Notes: generated by a model not told the origin, from the sequence alone. A DNA stretch of 64,000 bases from Sulfolobales archaeon (GCA_038841535.1 JAWBTQ010000003.1:91174-155173); one strand, 5' to 3'. Shown: positions 7,920 to 18,745, numbered from the stretch's first letter. A program made the numbers and translations.

Positions 7920-9813
7920 TTACAGGAGCCTAGGGCTTAAAGTAGGTCTGGAGATACATCAGCAGCTGGATAGCAAGTTCAAGCTGTTCTGCGCTTGTCC
8001 GGCGAAATTAGCACCCGAAGAATCTAAGCACCACGAAGTAGTCCGCAGTTTATGGTTAAGTAAGTCTGAGTTGGGAGAACTTGATCCTGCCGCAGTCTAC
8101 GAGATCGCTAAAGGTAGAAAAATAATCTACAGAGTTCCGGAAGGGTATGCGTGTTTAGTCGAACTCGATGAAGAGCCGCCGCACGACATAAATAGGGAAG
8201 CTTTACTTATATCTCTATCTATAGCTAAAGCCTTAAACGCTAAACCTGTTGACGAGATCTATGTTATGAGGAAGATCGTTGTAGATGGGTCAAACACAGC
8301 AGGATTTCAGAGAACAGCAATAATAGCTCTTGGAGGTTATGTCGAGGATGAGGAGGGAGTAGTTGGAATCCAAACGATAGCTCTAGAAGAAGATGCTGCT
8401 AGAAAAGTAGGTGAAGGACCCGATTACGTCGTCTACAACCTCGATAGGCTCGGGATACCCCTCGTCGAGATAAGTACGGCACCCGACATTAGGACTCCAG
8501 AACAAGCTCTTAGAGTGGCATACAAGATAGGGCTTATAATGAGGTTGAGTGGCAGAGTTAAAAGAGGTATAGGTACGATAAGGCAAGACCTAAATATATC
8601 TATAGAGAAAGGAGAGAGGATAGAGGTAAAAGGAGTTGAAAAGCTAGAGCTGATCCCCAAAGTAGTAACCTATGAAGTAGTTAGACAGCTTTCTTTACTG
8701 AATATAAGAGACGAGCTTTTCAAGAGGGGCTTAAAACCTGGCGACATACCTGAGTCTTTCATCGATGTAACTGAGTCTATGAAGAGTTGTGGGAGCAAGA
8801 TGGTAAGAACTAGCATAGAGAAAGGCTTGAGGGTCTACGCCTTACCGCTACCAGGCTTTAAAGGGATTTTAGGTACGGAGGTCTGTCCAGGTAGAAGATT
8901 CGGTACGGAGCTATCCGATTACGCAAAAGCTTGGGGGGGTGTTGGTGGGATAATTCACAGCGATGAACTCCCGGCTTACGGAATCTCTGAACGGGATCTA
9001 GATGCTGTATACAGATACCTAAGTTTAAGTCGAGATAGAGACGCGTTCATCTTGGTAATAAGCGACTGCGAGAAAGCGGAGAGGGCCTTTAGAGCCATCG
9101 TGGAGAGACTTAGGTACGCATTCGTAGGTGTTCCTAAGGAGACTCGCGGAGCGAATCCAGACGGCACTACTAGGTACTTGCGCCCACAACCAGGTGCGGC
9201 TAGGATGTATCCAGAAACAGACATACTCCCGATTAGAGTAAGTCGTAAGCTGTTAAAGGAAGTAGAGAGACTGGTCATACCTAAACCTGAAGACGTATTT
9301 AAGACTCTAGTTGAGGAACACGGGCTATCTCGGGATCTAGCGTCTCAGCTTATCAGAGATCCTGTTCTACACCTCTATTTAGACCTAGTCGAGGAGTTAA
9401 GAGGAGTAACCAGTCCGCAGATAATTGCTACAACTATAGTCGTTCACATGAAGTCCCTGAAAAGAGAGGGTATTGAAGTAGATAAAGTAGGTTACCCAGA
9501 ATTAGCTAGAATCCTGAGTGCGGTAGGTAGAGGAGAGCTAGCTAAAGAAGCTATTCCTGAGGCCATCAAAGCGGTCGCTTCAGGAACCAGTCTTGAAGAC
9601 TTGTTGAAGTCATTTAAGATGATGAGTGCTGAAGAAATAGAGAAAATCGTCGAAGACGTAATAACGTCTAACATCGAGCACATAAGAGCTAGAGGTCTCG
9701 ACAAATCCGTCAGCTTAGTTATGGGTAAGGTTATGTCTATAATTAGAGGTAGAGCTGATGGTGCTCTAGTCAGCGCCATAGTAAAGAAGAAGCTTCGGAG
9801 TTTCTTCGCATAG
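7909..9813 (+). CDS. gatE: Glu-tRNA(Gln) amidotransferase subunit E
   Basis: LKVGLEIHQQL, DGSNTAGFQRT, GAARMYPETD; likely start ATG 7909 overlapping the gatD end. Confidence 0.95.
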   Translation: MEIDYRSLGLKVGLEIHQQLDSKFKLFCACPAKLAPEESKHHEVVRSLWLSKSELGELDPAAVYEIAKGRKIIYRVPEGYACLVELDEEPPHDINREALLISLSIAKALNAKPVDEIYVMRKIVVDGSNTAGFQRTAIIALGGYVEDEEGVVGIQTIALEEDAARKVGEGPDYVVYNLDRLGIPLVEISTAPDIRTPEQALRVAYKIGLIMRLSGRVKRGIGTIRQDLNISIEKGERIEVKGVEKLELIPKVVTYEVVRQLSLLNIRDELFKRGLKPGDIPESFIDVTESMKSCGSKMVRTSIEKGLRVYALPLPGFKGILGTEVCPGRRFGTELSDYAKAWGGVGGIIHSDELPAYGISERDLDAVYRYLSLSRDRDAFILVISDCEKAERAFRAIVERLRYAFVGVPKETRGANPDGTTRYLRPQPGAARMYPETDILPIRVSRKLLKEVERLVIPKPEDVFKTLVEEHGLSRDLASQLIRDPVLHLYLDLVEELRGVTSPQIIATTIVVHMKSLKREGIEVDKVGYPELARILSAVGRGELAKEAIPEAIKAVASGTSLEDLLKSFKMMSAEEIEKIVEDVITSNIEHIRARGLDKSVSLVMGKVMSIIRGRADGALVSAIVKKKLRSFFA

Positions 9814-9954
9814 CGAGAGTAAGTGCTTAACTCTTCAAGACAAACTTGTTTGCCGAATTAGCGGTACTCGAGTGGAGTCAGCAGCTATTTTGGATAATGC
9901 TTATCGAGGTTTCTGCTCTGTTTTGTTAGTGTGGGTGTGAGCTCTGCTTCGTTA

Positions 9955-10109
9955 GGGGTTCAGCTCTCGTGTTTTATATGGGTTGACTTCATCGCCTCGT
10001 CTTTCCCCCACACCCTGCTCGGGGTTCTCATCGAGCTTTGGGGCGTTCAAGGCGGCCCCGGGCACTCCACATCTTGGTGGTTGCCCTCGGGGAGAGTCCG
10101 CACCTCATC
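9955..10109 (-). repeat. Dispersed non-coding repeat copy A (tnpB 3'-end/omega-RNA-like remnant)
   Basis: Minus strand aligns by eye with 31961-32154 (GATGAGGTGCGGA...CAAGATGTGG...GGGGGAAAGACGAGGCGATGA...GAGCTGAACCC). Confidence 0.65.
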
Positions 10110-10395
10110 TACGGGACTCTTACCCCCTCATCGTGCAGCCTCTATACATCAATCAAACAGAGACACTCGTAAGCGTTTCCGCAGCGTCTATAGAGCAGCA
10201 CAAACCATTACGAACCCAAAACAGTTGCTTAAAGCTCAAACGGCACTCGCGACATCAAAGGAATTAGTAGCTATGGTGGGTACAGCGAGCTGTGGAGTCT
10301 GGGTGCAACCCACCCTAGGAAAACACGAAACAACTTTAGGGTAGAAAAAGTCTTCGAGGCTCTAGAGGGAAAATTGAGTCTTTAACTTACCTCTC

Positions 10396-10986
10396 TTAGG
10401 GGGATACTGTAGTGAGAGTTACTTGTGTTATCTTTCTTACTTCACCTAGAAACCTTTGCGAGTTACGGACTACTCTCAATAATCTCCTGATGTGGGTTTT
10501 ACTTAGGCCCAGCTGCTTGGAGAGTTTTGAGGGATCTACGCTTCCTTCTGTAACAAGAGCATACGCTATAGCGGCTAAAGCGTATTTTGCCCGATCTGTT
10601 CTAGAGCACAACCTAGGGTACTTAGCCATAATAGTGACTATCTTTTCTATAGTTTCATTCTTGGGTATGCTAGCTCTCCTCTTTATGACTTTAACTCTCT
10701 TTCCTAAAACTAGGTATTTACTAAAGGAATCGGAATCGACATAGAGCTGCGGTCTATACTTAATTTCCTTAAGTATCGTCAAATACTTTATTGAAGCATC
10801 ACTGAGTTTTCCGAATTTCCTCACAGTAGCTGAAACTCTATCACCTAGGGGCTCTAATTCGTTTTCAAAGCTTCCTCCACTAACGTATATGAGGTCCACG
10901 ACGATGCCGCACTCAGAGCACACTACCATACCCCGAATCTCATCCCAAACTAGGGAGTTTACAGCTCTGCAGTACGGACACTCCAA
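10396..10986 (-). CDS. TFIIB-type zinc-ribbon protein (short TFB-like, C-terminal HTH)
   Basis: CPYC...VWDEIRGMVVCSECGIVV TFIIB ribbon; KLSKQLGLSKTHIRR HTH. Confidence 0.7.
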   Translation of the reverse strand: MECPYCRAVNSLVWDEIRGMVVCSECGIVVDLIYVSGGSFENELEPLGDRVSATVRKFGKLSDASIKYLTILKEIKYRPQLYVDSDSFSKYLVLGKRVKVIKRRASIPKNETIEKIVTIMAKYPRLCSRTDRAKYALAAIAYALVTEGSVDPSKLSKQLGLSKTHIRRLLRVVRNSQRFLGEVRKITQVTLTTVSP

Positions 10987-11201
10987 GACCTATCTCCACG
11001 AGTGGTTTGAGTGTAATACCTACTGTGTCTTCAGGTAAAAGTAGTACTATCTCTGGGAGAGGTGGTTGAAAGTAAGGTAAACGAAGACCGTAGGTTGCGA
11101 CCAAGTTCGATAGGGAGTGCGGCAACATGTAGCAGTAACGCATTGCATCTGCCACGGCTTACTTATATACTTTTAGACTATATTACTCGGGCACGCTCCT
11201 G

Positions 11202-12098
11202 ATGCTTAAGGATAGATTCGGTAGACCTGCGACGCACATCCGTCTCTCCGTAACTAATCGCTGTAACTACTCCTGCGTTTACTGCCACGGAGAGGGTTTT
11301 ACTTACTCGAACGAAGAACTTTCTCCAGAAGACTGGGATTTCTTCATAAGAGTGGCTACAGGGCTTGGGCTAAAACACTATAAGGTAACTGGTGGTGAGC
11401 CACTACTTTACAGTGGAATCGTAGATGTTATATCGTCAGTAAGAAAATATGGTGGTACTCCATCTATAACTACGAATGGATACTTACTGAAGGAGTTCGC
11501 AGAACCCTTATCAAGAGCGGGTATAGATCACATTAATGTCTCACTTCATTCTTTAAAAAGAGACGTGTTTGCAGCTCTAACCGGTTACGATGCCTTAGAT
11601 AAAGTGCTATCCGGAATACAGGAGGCTTTAAACTACGGAATTAAGCTCAAGATAAACTACTTAGTTCTAAAACCTAACTTAAATGAGATATGGAGCTTAC
11701 TAGATTTTGCTTCAAGTAATGGTTTAGATGTTAACGTAATTGAGTTGATTCCTCTTGGAGTGAGTAAGGAGCTATACAAATTACTTCACGTAGATCTTGA
11801 TGGTATAGTAAGCTATCTCGAAACTGCAAGCATTAAGAAACACACGGAGCAGTTTCAAAACAGGACTGTCTACACTCTTCCATCAGGAATCAAAGTATAC
11901 GTCATAAAAGGCTATGGAAACCCTTTGATGTGCGCAGGTTGTTCGAGAATACGCGTTGGACCAGATGGAAAACTAAAGTTATGTATCTATAGAGAAGTGT
12001 ATCTAGACCTAAAGCAATCGATTAAGGCAAGAAAAGAGTTTGAGGTTATGAATTCCTTGGCTAGAGCCATAGAAGCTAGAGAGCCATACTTTAGATAA
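11202..12098 (+). CDS. moaA: GTP 3',8-cyclase (radical SAM)
   Basis: LKDRFGR, CNYSCVYC, TGGEP, CAGCSRIR...C. Confidence 0.93.
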   Translation: MLKDRFGRPATHIRLSVTNRCNYSCVYCHGEGFTYSNEELSPEDWDFFIRVATGLGLKHYKVTGGEPLLYSGIVDVISSVRKYGGTPSITTNGYLLKEFAEPLSRAGIDHINVSLHSLKRDVFAALTGYDALDKVLSGIQEALNYGIKLKINYLVLKPNLNEIWSLLDFASSNGLDVNVIELIPLGVSKELYKLLHVDLDGIVSYLETASIKKHTEQFQNRTVYTLPSGIKVYVIKGYGNPLMCAGCSRIRVGPDGKLKLCIYREVYLDLKQSIKARKEFEVMNSLARAIEAREPYFR

Positions 12099-12512
12099 GC
12101 CAAAGTATTTGCGTGCTGTTTGCCTTGCGTTGGCCTACGTGGGTTGACGATCGTTACTATGAGCTCGCAAGGTGTTTTGTTGAAGTGGGCTTGTGGGGGT
12201 ATCCTATGCTCGATGAATACCTTAGAGTCAGCAAAACCCGTGTTCCTAAGCGCCCAGAGACTCCCTGAACATCACAAAGCTCTATGTAGGACGGGGCTAG
12301 GTATTGGAAGCGAAGACTGATGATAACAGATACGGAAGCCAAGCTCTGGTTCCAGACTTAGCTACACTCCCTATTTACTTGCTGAACTACTAATGCAATT
12401 GTCTTGCTGATAACGCATATGTTCCCATATATGCTTTCGTTCGAACTCTACAGATATTCTGAGTGTTGCTTCTCAAGTTACTACTAGTCTATTTTAAGTA
12501 TTATGAGAGCTA

Positions 12513-13319
12513 TTGGTGGGTAACTTAGGAGTGAATACGGTGTTCATAGCTGGACCTGCGGGTTCAGGAAAGTCTATGCTTACTTCGTCATTAGCATTGT
12601 GGTTTGAGAGGTTTGAGTATAGCGTGTGTAAAGTAAACCTAGATCCTGCGGCTGAGCTTCTACCCTATGTTCCAGACGTTGATGTTAGAAGATATGTAAA
12701 CGCTAGGGAGTTAATGCTCAAGCGAGGATTAGGGCCTAATGGTGCTTTACTAGCCAGCATGGATGAGTTACTTAACTACGTTGTAGACGTTAAGACCGAG
12801 ATAGAGGACTGTCGAGCAGACTACGTGTTAGTCGACCTGCCTGGGCAACTTGAAGTAATAGCGTTTAGATTGCTCGGCCCGAGATTACTACATGAGCTAT
12901 CTGAGGGAAGTAAGGCGGTAGTGGTGTTCTTAGTGGACGCAAGACTCGTGTCAAGAATGTACTCTGCTTACTCTCTTTTACTACTCGCTCTATCTACTAT
13001 GTATCGACTTAACCTGCCTATGGTTTTAGCTATAAATAAGGTAGACCTTGTAGTAGATCTCACTGCTCATAGTGGCTCAAAGCTGTATGAAAAACTTTAC
13101 GAAGCTATACCCATATACAGGCTCTTATCGGAGTATAGCGAGTGCCCATATTTAATCACCAGCGAGAGTTTTCTTGACACATCGATTTCACTACAACTCT
13201 GTGAGGTGTTTAGACAGTTTATTAAACCACCCATACCAATTTCAGCACGAGAAGCTGTAGGTCTCGATAGTCTCATAGCTGAGATAGAAAATGCCATATC
13301 TACTTATAAAGAGGGGTGA
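12513..13319 (+). CDS. GPN-loop GTPase
   Basis: GPAGSGKS, NLDPA, GLGPNG, DLPGQLE, NKVD. Confidence 0.9.
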   Translation: MVGNLGVNTVFIAGPAGSGKSMLTSSLALWFERFEYSVCKVNLDPAAELLPYVPDVDVRRYVNARELMLKRGLGPNGALLASMDELLNYVVDVKTEIEDCRADYVLVDLPGQLEVIAFRLLGPRLLHELSEGSKAVVVFLVDARLVSRMYSAYSLLLLALSTMYRLNLPMVLAINKVDLVVDLTAHSGSKLYEKLYEAIPIYRLLSEYSECPYLITSESFLDTSISLQLCEVFRQFIKPPIPISAREAVGLDSLIAEIENAISTYKEG

Positions 13320-13514
13320 GGCATTTATTAAGTTGAGAGATACTACAAAGTACGTGTTTCCGAACAGTTCTTCACGCTTCGTAGAGGTTTAAACAAGCTG
13401 CCCTCTTTAGTGGGAGAGTTAGCAGAGGGAAAGCTGACACGCTAGAGACTCTATTTAAAGTAACTACACAAGGTATAGAACGAATATAAAAGAAGTAAGA
13501 TAGCTAATCACGGT

Positions 13515-14312
13515 GTGAATTTGAGTACTCGAGTGACAATTGGAATAGAACCTCTCGACGTAGGTGCGCCCGAGGGAATCTTGCGTACATCAACAGTGCT
13601 AATAGCTGGTGAATCCGGTACGGGCAAGTCTGCACTTATCGCTCACATAGCAGCGAACTTCATGTTTAAAGGTGAGAAGTGCGTGTATGTAGCTCTAGAT
13701 GATTCTCCTGACTCCTTCGTCGAGCAGTTAGAGAGCTTTAAGTGGCCGGGCCGGGATTTTTACGCTAGAGAGTTGTTGTACATAATTGATGGTTATACGT
13801 ATACTACAGGTAGGTACTTAGCTTCAGCTTATTCTAAGAGAAGTGTTAATGTACAGAAGATAGATGAACTAGCCTACTCCATACTTAACTCAGTGGAGGA
13901 GCTTAAGCTAGATGGTTCTGGCGTTCTCATAGTGGACTCACTAAACGACTTACTATATTTCCATGACATGTCTAAGATAGTGATGCTAATAAAGTCCATT
14001 AGAGCTCATGTATCTAAGTCGAGAAAGGTGCTTGGCTTCTTAGTTCTTCATACGGACACTGAGGAGATGATGGAGCTTGAAAAGAACATAGAGCACCTGT
14101 TTGATGGAGTCATATATACTAGAATAAACGAAGACCTGAGAAAGATAGGGATACCGCTTAAGGAGTTATTGGTGAAAAAACTGAGGGGAGTCCCAACAAA
14201 TCCCTTCTGGATACCATATGCTGTAACTAGTTCAGGTGTTCACCCGGTAGATCTCGAGAAGCTCATGAGTCTGATTAAATCTAAGCTTGAGGAGTACGAG
14301 AGGCTTAAGTAG
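13515..14312 (+). CDS. RAD55/KaiC-family RecA-superfamily ATPase
   Basis: GESGTGKS Walker A, LIVDS Walker B, EHLFDGVI, KKLRG. Confidence 0.85.
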   Translation: MNLSTRVTIGIEPLDVGAPEGILRTSTVLIAGESGTGKSALIAHIAANFMFKGEKCVYVALDDSPDSFVEQLESFKWPGRDFYARELLYIIDGYTYTTGRYLASAYSKRSVNVQKIDELAYSILNSVEELKLDGSGVLIVDSLNDLLYFHDMSKIVMLIKSIRAHVSKSRKVLGFLVLHTDTEEMMELEKNIEHLFDGVIYTRINEDLRKIGIPLKELLVKKLRGVPTNPFWIPYAVTSSGVHPVDLEKLMSLIKSKLEEYERLK

Positions 14313-14313
14313 T

Positions 14314-14544
14314 TTGAAGGTCTTAATCGAGGTCTCTAATTCCTGCAACGTGTGCGGTCTTTGCGCGGAGTATTGTCCAACAGGTGTTTTTCGGGTCGTC
14401 GGCACTCACCTAAGTGTAAACCAAGGTGAGTGTATTTACTGTAAGGGTTGTGAAGTCGTATGTCCAGTTAAGGCTATAAGTGTTCGTGCTCTAAACGATG
14501 ACTTCCTTATTCTAAAGAGAAAAACGCTTATTTCAGTAAAGTAG
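14314..14544 (+). CDS. 2x[4Fe-4S] ferredoxin
   Basis: Two CxxCxxCxxxCP motifs; start probably TTG 14314. Confidence 0.85.
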   Translation: MKVLIEVSNSCNVCGLCAEYCPTGVFRVVGTHLSVNQGECIYCKGCEVVCPVKAISVRALNDDFLILKRKTLISVK

Positions 14545-14636
14545 TTTAACATAAATACGTAAAAAAGAGAAAAACGCATGTCAAGAACGCTACCGGACCT
14601 TAAGAAATTTTTATAAGCTCTGTATAAAACTTTACC

Positions 14637-16085
14637 TTGGTGTACCCTGTGGTAGAACCCAGGACTATGTACGTCTTAGTGATCATAGCGGTACTAATAG
14701 CTGGGTTAGTAGGATATTTTGCGGGTTCCGCAACAGCTCCACAAGCAGTCACGGGTCCCGTGACGGTCACAGCGTTTACTACCATAACGTACACTCCCGC
14801 GATGGCTGTCTCTCCAGAAAAGATTCGAGCAGCGTGGATATACGTTGGACCTATCGGTGACTTAGGTTGGTCGTATATGCATGATCTTGGTAGGAGAGTC
14901 GTCGAGGGCCTCTTTAGGCAATGGCTAGATACTACTTACTATGAAGCCGTATCTGAAGCTGAGTTACTATCGCGGGTAGACGAGCTCGTTCGAGCTGGGT
15001 ATACAGTTATCTTTACAACATCCTTTGACTTCATGGAGAAAACCTATGAGGCGGCTAAGAAGTATCCTAACGTAATGTTCTTCCACTGTAGCGGCTATAT
15101 GAGGTGGGACAATATGGGAACATACTTTGCTGACCTCTACCAGGTTTACTACTTAAACGGACTAATGGCGGGGGCTTTAACTAAGACTGGTAAGATAGGT
15201 TACGTAGCAGCGTTCACCATACCTGAAGTGATAAGACACATTAACGCTTTCGCTATAGGTGCTAAAGAAGTAGGGGAGCAGTTAGGTAAAAACATTGAGG
15301 TATACGTAGTCGAGATAGGAGCATGGTTCGCTCCAGATAAAGCTGTTGACGCAGCTAGGTACTTAGTTGATGTTGTGGGCGTGGATGTAATTGCGTTTAC
15401 TGAGGATAGCTCAGCTATAGTTGAATATGCGCAGGAGCAGTATAAGAGAGGAAAAGAGGTCTACGTCTTTAGCCACTACGGACCTATGTACGAGTTTGGT
15501 CCCGACGTCGTAGTCTCAGGTCAGCTCGTTAGGTGGGAGGTAATATACGCTGATATACTAACTAAGATAAAGAGTGGAGTACTTAATCCAGTAAACTTGA
15601 GAAATGTAGACTACTGGTACCTCCTTAATACAGGGGCTGTAGAGCTGGGAGCTCACGTATTCGACAACGGGACCGTTATGATGGTAAACCCAAAGTTTAT
15701 ACCTAAGCTGAGAGAAGTAGTAGTCAAAGACAGACTAACAGGTGATAGGATATCTGCTTTTGACCTCGTAATGAGAAGGTATGAACAGATGAGGAGAGCA
15801 CCCATTCTTCAAGCACTCCAGTTCTCAGCTCTAACTCATGAGTTAGAGAACTTAACCTACGTAAATATAGGAGGTAAAGAGAAGCTGTACCTAGTTTCTA
15901 CAGAGTTTGATCCCTTCATAGGTCCTCTAGACGGTTGGTGTAAGTACACGGGAACTTACGCTTTTACTGAATACTGTAAGAAGTCAGATAAGGTATCAAT
16001 ACCTGCTGGTGTAAGACTAGGACACGCAGATCTTTGGAACATGGACTGGTTTGTGAGCTGGGTAAAGTTCCTGGGGGGAAGGTAA
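14637..16085 (+). CDS. BMP-family ABC transporter substrate-binding protein (purine/nucleoside)
   Basis: N-terminal membrane anchor, YVGPIGDLGWSYMH, IPEVIRHINAF. Confidence 0.88.
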   Translation: MVYPVVEPRTMYVLVIIAVLIAGLVGYFAGSATAPQAVTGPVTVTAFTTITYTPAMAVSPEKIRAAWIYVGPIGDLGWSYMHDLGRRVVEGLFRQWLDTTYYEAVSEAELLSRVDELVRAGYTVIFTTSFDFMEKTYEAAKKYPNVMFFHCSGYMRWDNMGTYFADLYQVYYLNGLMAGALTKTGKIGYVAAFTIPEVIRHINAFAIGAKEVGEQLGKNIEVYVVEIGAWFAPDKAVDAARYLVDVVGVDVIAFTEDSSAIVEYAQEQYKRGKEVYVFSHYGPMYEFGPDVVVSGQLVRWEVIYADILTKIKSGVLNPVNLRNVDYWYLLNTGAVELGAHVFDNGTVMMVNPKFIPKLREVVVKDRLTGDRISAFDLVMRRYEQMRRAPILQALQFSALTHELENLTYVNIGGKEKLYLVSTEFDPFIGPLDGWCKYTGTYAFTEYCKKSDKVSIPAGVRLGHADLWNMDWFVSWVKFLGGR

Positions 16086-16096
16086 GGAGAATAGAG

Positions 16097-17614
16097 ATGG
16101 TTTTTTCATCTACGCAACCCGCTCTTCGCGTTGCGGGTGTGACTAAGAGGTTCCCCGGAGTTCTGGCTCTGGATGACGTATCCCTAGACCTTTATTCTGG
16201 CGAAATACACTCACTTCTTGGAGAAAACGGTTCAGGTAAATCAACTCTAGCTAAGGTTATCGCAGGCATATATGTGCCAGACGAAGGCAGCATCGAGATT
16301 CTAGGGAAACGCCTCCGTCCGGTAAGCCCAGCAGACACAATTAGTCACGGCATTTTTTACGTGCCCCAGAGCCCTAACTTAATAGATAAGCTTACTGTAA
16401 CTGAGAACGTGCTCTTAACGTTGAGGTCATACGGTATTATGTCGAAAGTTAAAGAAGTCGAAGAGCTAGTAGTCAAGGAGGCCCGAAATATAGGCTCAAC
16501 TATAGACCCAGAAGCCGAAGTAGGTAAGTTAAGCTACACCCAGAAACAGGTAGTAGAGCTAGTGAAGGCGTCCCTACTGGGTGCTAGGATACTACTCGTT
16601 GATGAAGTAACAACATACCTACCGAGATCTGTTAGAGAAAAGTTCTATGACTACTTGAAAAGACTGAAGAGCGAGGGTAAAGCAGTTCTTCTCATAACGC
16701 ACAAGATCCCCGAAGCAATCGAGGTAGCAGATAGAATCACGGTCATGCGGTCTGGTAGGGTGGTTAAAACGTTAGAGAAGAGAGAATTTGATATAGACCT
16801 AATCAGGAAACTGATGTTTGAAAACAACGGTCTAAGTACCTATATGGCCGAAGGACTTTCGGGAGAGCTTATCGCAAGAGATGAGAAAGCAGTAATTCAG
16901 TTAGATGACGTGTGGGCTGTCGACGAAAGCGGTAACTACGCTCTTAGGGGTGTACGGTTCGGTGTTAGACCTAGGGAGGTTCTAGGAATAGTTGGGATTT
17001 CGGGTAGTGGTCAAAAGGAGTTGTCTGAAGTTTTAATAGGTCTCAGGCCTGTTGAGAGAGGTCGGTACTACCTAGGTGGAGTTGATGTTACCAATAGAGG
17101 CTCCAAAGTAGTAAGAGCTGCTGGAGTCGGGTTTATCTCGGAGGTTCCTCTTTACTACAACCTATCTGGAGATCTTAGCTTAACTGAAAACATGGCACTA
17201 GGTGCCCGCAATAGAGGCTTGCTTCTTTCACTGAAGTCTCTTTCAGCAAAAACCAGAGAGATCATAGAAAAATACGGAATCGTTGCAGTATCACCTAAAA
17301 CTCAAGTAAAGGTTCTCTCCGGCGGTAACGTCATGAAGTTCGCAATAGCTAAAGAGCTTGAGTTCGCTAAGAAAGCGCTGATAGCATTGAATCCGACAAG
17401 GTCTTTAGACGAGAAGTCTGTACTAAGCTTTATTAGTACCTTAAAAAAGCATGTGCGAATAGGCGGGCTTTCCGTGATATACATTAGTGAGAGCTTAGAC
17501 GAGGTTCTTCAAGTAAGCGATACCGTAGCCGTTATAAACAGCGGCAGGATAGTGGGAGTTTTCGAGAGGAAAACTGTTGAGAGGGAAGTTCTAGAGAAGC
17601 TTATGGTGATGTAG
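16097..17614 (+). CDS. Sugar/nucleoside ABC transporter ATP-binding protein (two ABC domains)
   Basis: GENGSGKST, LSGGN; likely start ATG 16097. Confidence 0.9.
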   Translation: MVFSSTQPALRVAGVTKRFPGVLALDDVSLDLYSGEIHSLLGENGSGKSTLAKVIAGIYVPDEGSIEILGKRLRPVSPADTISHGIFYVPQSPNLIDKLTVTENVLLTLRSYGIMSKVKEVEELVVKEARNIGSTIDPEAEVGKLSYTQKQVVELVKASLLGARILLVDEVTTYLPRSVREKFYDYLKRLKSEGKAVLLITHKIPEAIEVADRITVMRSGRVVKTLEKREFDIDLIRKLMFENNGLSTYMAEGLSGELIARDEKAVIQLDDVWAVDESGNYALRGVRFGVRPREVLGIVGISGSGQKELSEVLIGLRPVERGRYYLGGVDVTNRGSKVVRAAGVGFISEVPLYYNLSGDLSLTENMALGARNRGLLLSLKSLSAKTREIIEKYGIVAVSPKTQVKVLSGGNVMKFAIAKELEFAKKALIALNPTRSLDEKSVLSFISTLKKHVRIGGLSVIYISESLDEVLQVSDTVAVINSGRIVGVFERKTVEREVLEKLMVM

Positions 17615-18745
17615 GTGGTAAGAGTATCGATAGTAATAACTAAGCGCTACAAGAGAACTGTAATTGCGTCAACACCTGTAATACTGTTAGGGTCTCTGCT
17701 GGTCGGTTTAGTAGTGTCCTACTTAATTATTTGGGCTACAGTAGGTCTCGATCCAGCCAGTTTCTTTGGTACGTTCTACCAGACTCTGGTGTCATATACT
17801 GGGCTACTAGAGTCACTGCTGTTTCTAACAATCCTAGGTACAGCGATCTCCATAGCCTTCTACGGGTCTTACTGGAACGTCGGTGCTGAGGGTCAGTATG
17901 TTCTGGGCATGCTTGGTGCTATGTACGTCGTGATGTTCTCTCCACTTAGTGGTCCTCTATTGAGTAATGGTCAGGTAGGTGCGGTAGGTCTTAAACTTGT
18001 TGCCATAGTCTTAGGTGGCGTACTCGGTGCCTTATGGTCGCTGGTGCCTGGTCTTATCAAAGTATTTGCTAAAATAAGTGAGATACCGGTAATGCTGTTG
18101 ATGAACTACATTGCTTACAGTCTCTCCGATTACCTAACGGCGGGACCGTGGAAGGGTAGGTACACGTATGGCTACATCAGGACTGACATGATATCTGAGT
18201 CGGTGAGGTTAACTGTTATTCCGGGACTAGAGATCTTAAGGTACGAGGTAGTGGTAGCAGCCATTGCAGTACTTGCTCTAATTTACTTAATCCTAGAGCA
18301 TACATTGCTGGGACTAAAGATCAAGATCTTGGGGACAAACCCCACCGCTCTAAAGTCTTCGGGATACGATGAGAGGAGAGTTATCGTGTTAGTAGCTACC
18401 ATTAGTGGCTTTATTGCCGGTCTAGCTGGCGCTATGAGGCTCCTGGGATACGACTACCGCTTACCTTATAACATAGGAGACGGTAAGACTGGTTTCTATG
18501 GATATACAGCTATTTTAGTAGCATGGCTTTCCTTTAGGGACATCAGGTTTATCGTACCTTCCGCGGTCATAGTTTCAGCTCTAAGCAGCTTCGGCTACAG
18601 AACCCAGATGAGTCTTAAAGGCTTGTTGCCGCCCGGTATTTCGGCTTACGCCTTTTCCCAGATATTCATCGGGACTACTCTTATAGTATATACCCTAACT
18701 AGGATAACGAAAGAGTTTTCAGTGAAGCTGGTGATTCGAAGGTGA
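17615..18745 (+). CDS. ABC transporter permease
   Basis: Multiple TM segments, WNVGAEGQ motif. Confidence 0.88.
   Translation: MVRVSIVITKRYKRTVIASTPVILLGSLLVGLVVSYLIIWATVGLDPASFFGTFYQTLVSYTGLLESLLFLTILGTAISIAFYGSYWNVGAEGQYVLGMLGAMYVVMFSPLSGPLLSNGQVGAVGLKLVAIVLGGVLGALWSLVPGLIKVFAKISEIPVMLLMNYIAYSLSDYLTAGPWKGRYTYGYIRTDMISESVRLTVIPGLEILRYEVVVAAIAVLALIYLILEHTLLGLKIKILGTNPTALKSSGYDERRVIVLVATISGFIAGLAGAMRLLGYDYRLPYNIGDGKTGFYGYTAILVAWLSFRDIRFIVPSAVIVSALSSFGYRTQMSLKGLLPPGISAYAFSQIFIGTTLIVYTLTRITKEFSVKLVIRR

Noticed and set aside
9931-10344. Tracked plus-strand ORFs 9931-10344 and 9983-10267
   Set aside because: No recognisable protein features; they lie antisense to the non-coding repeat.
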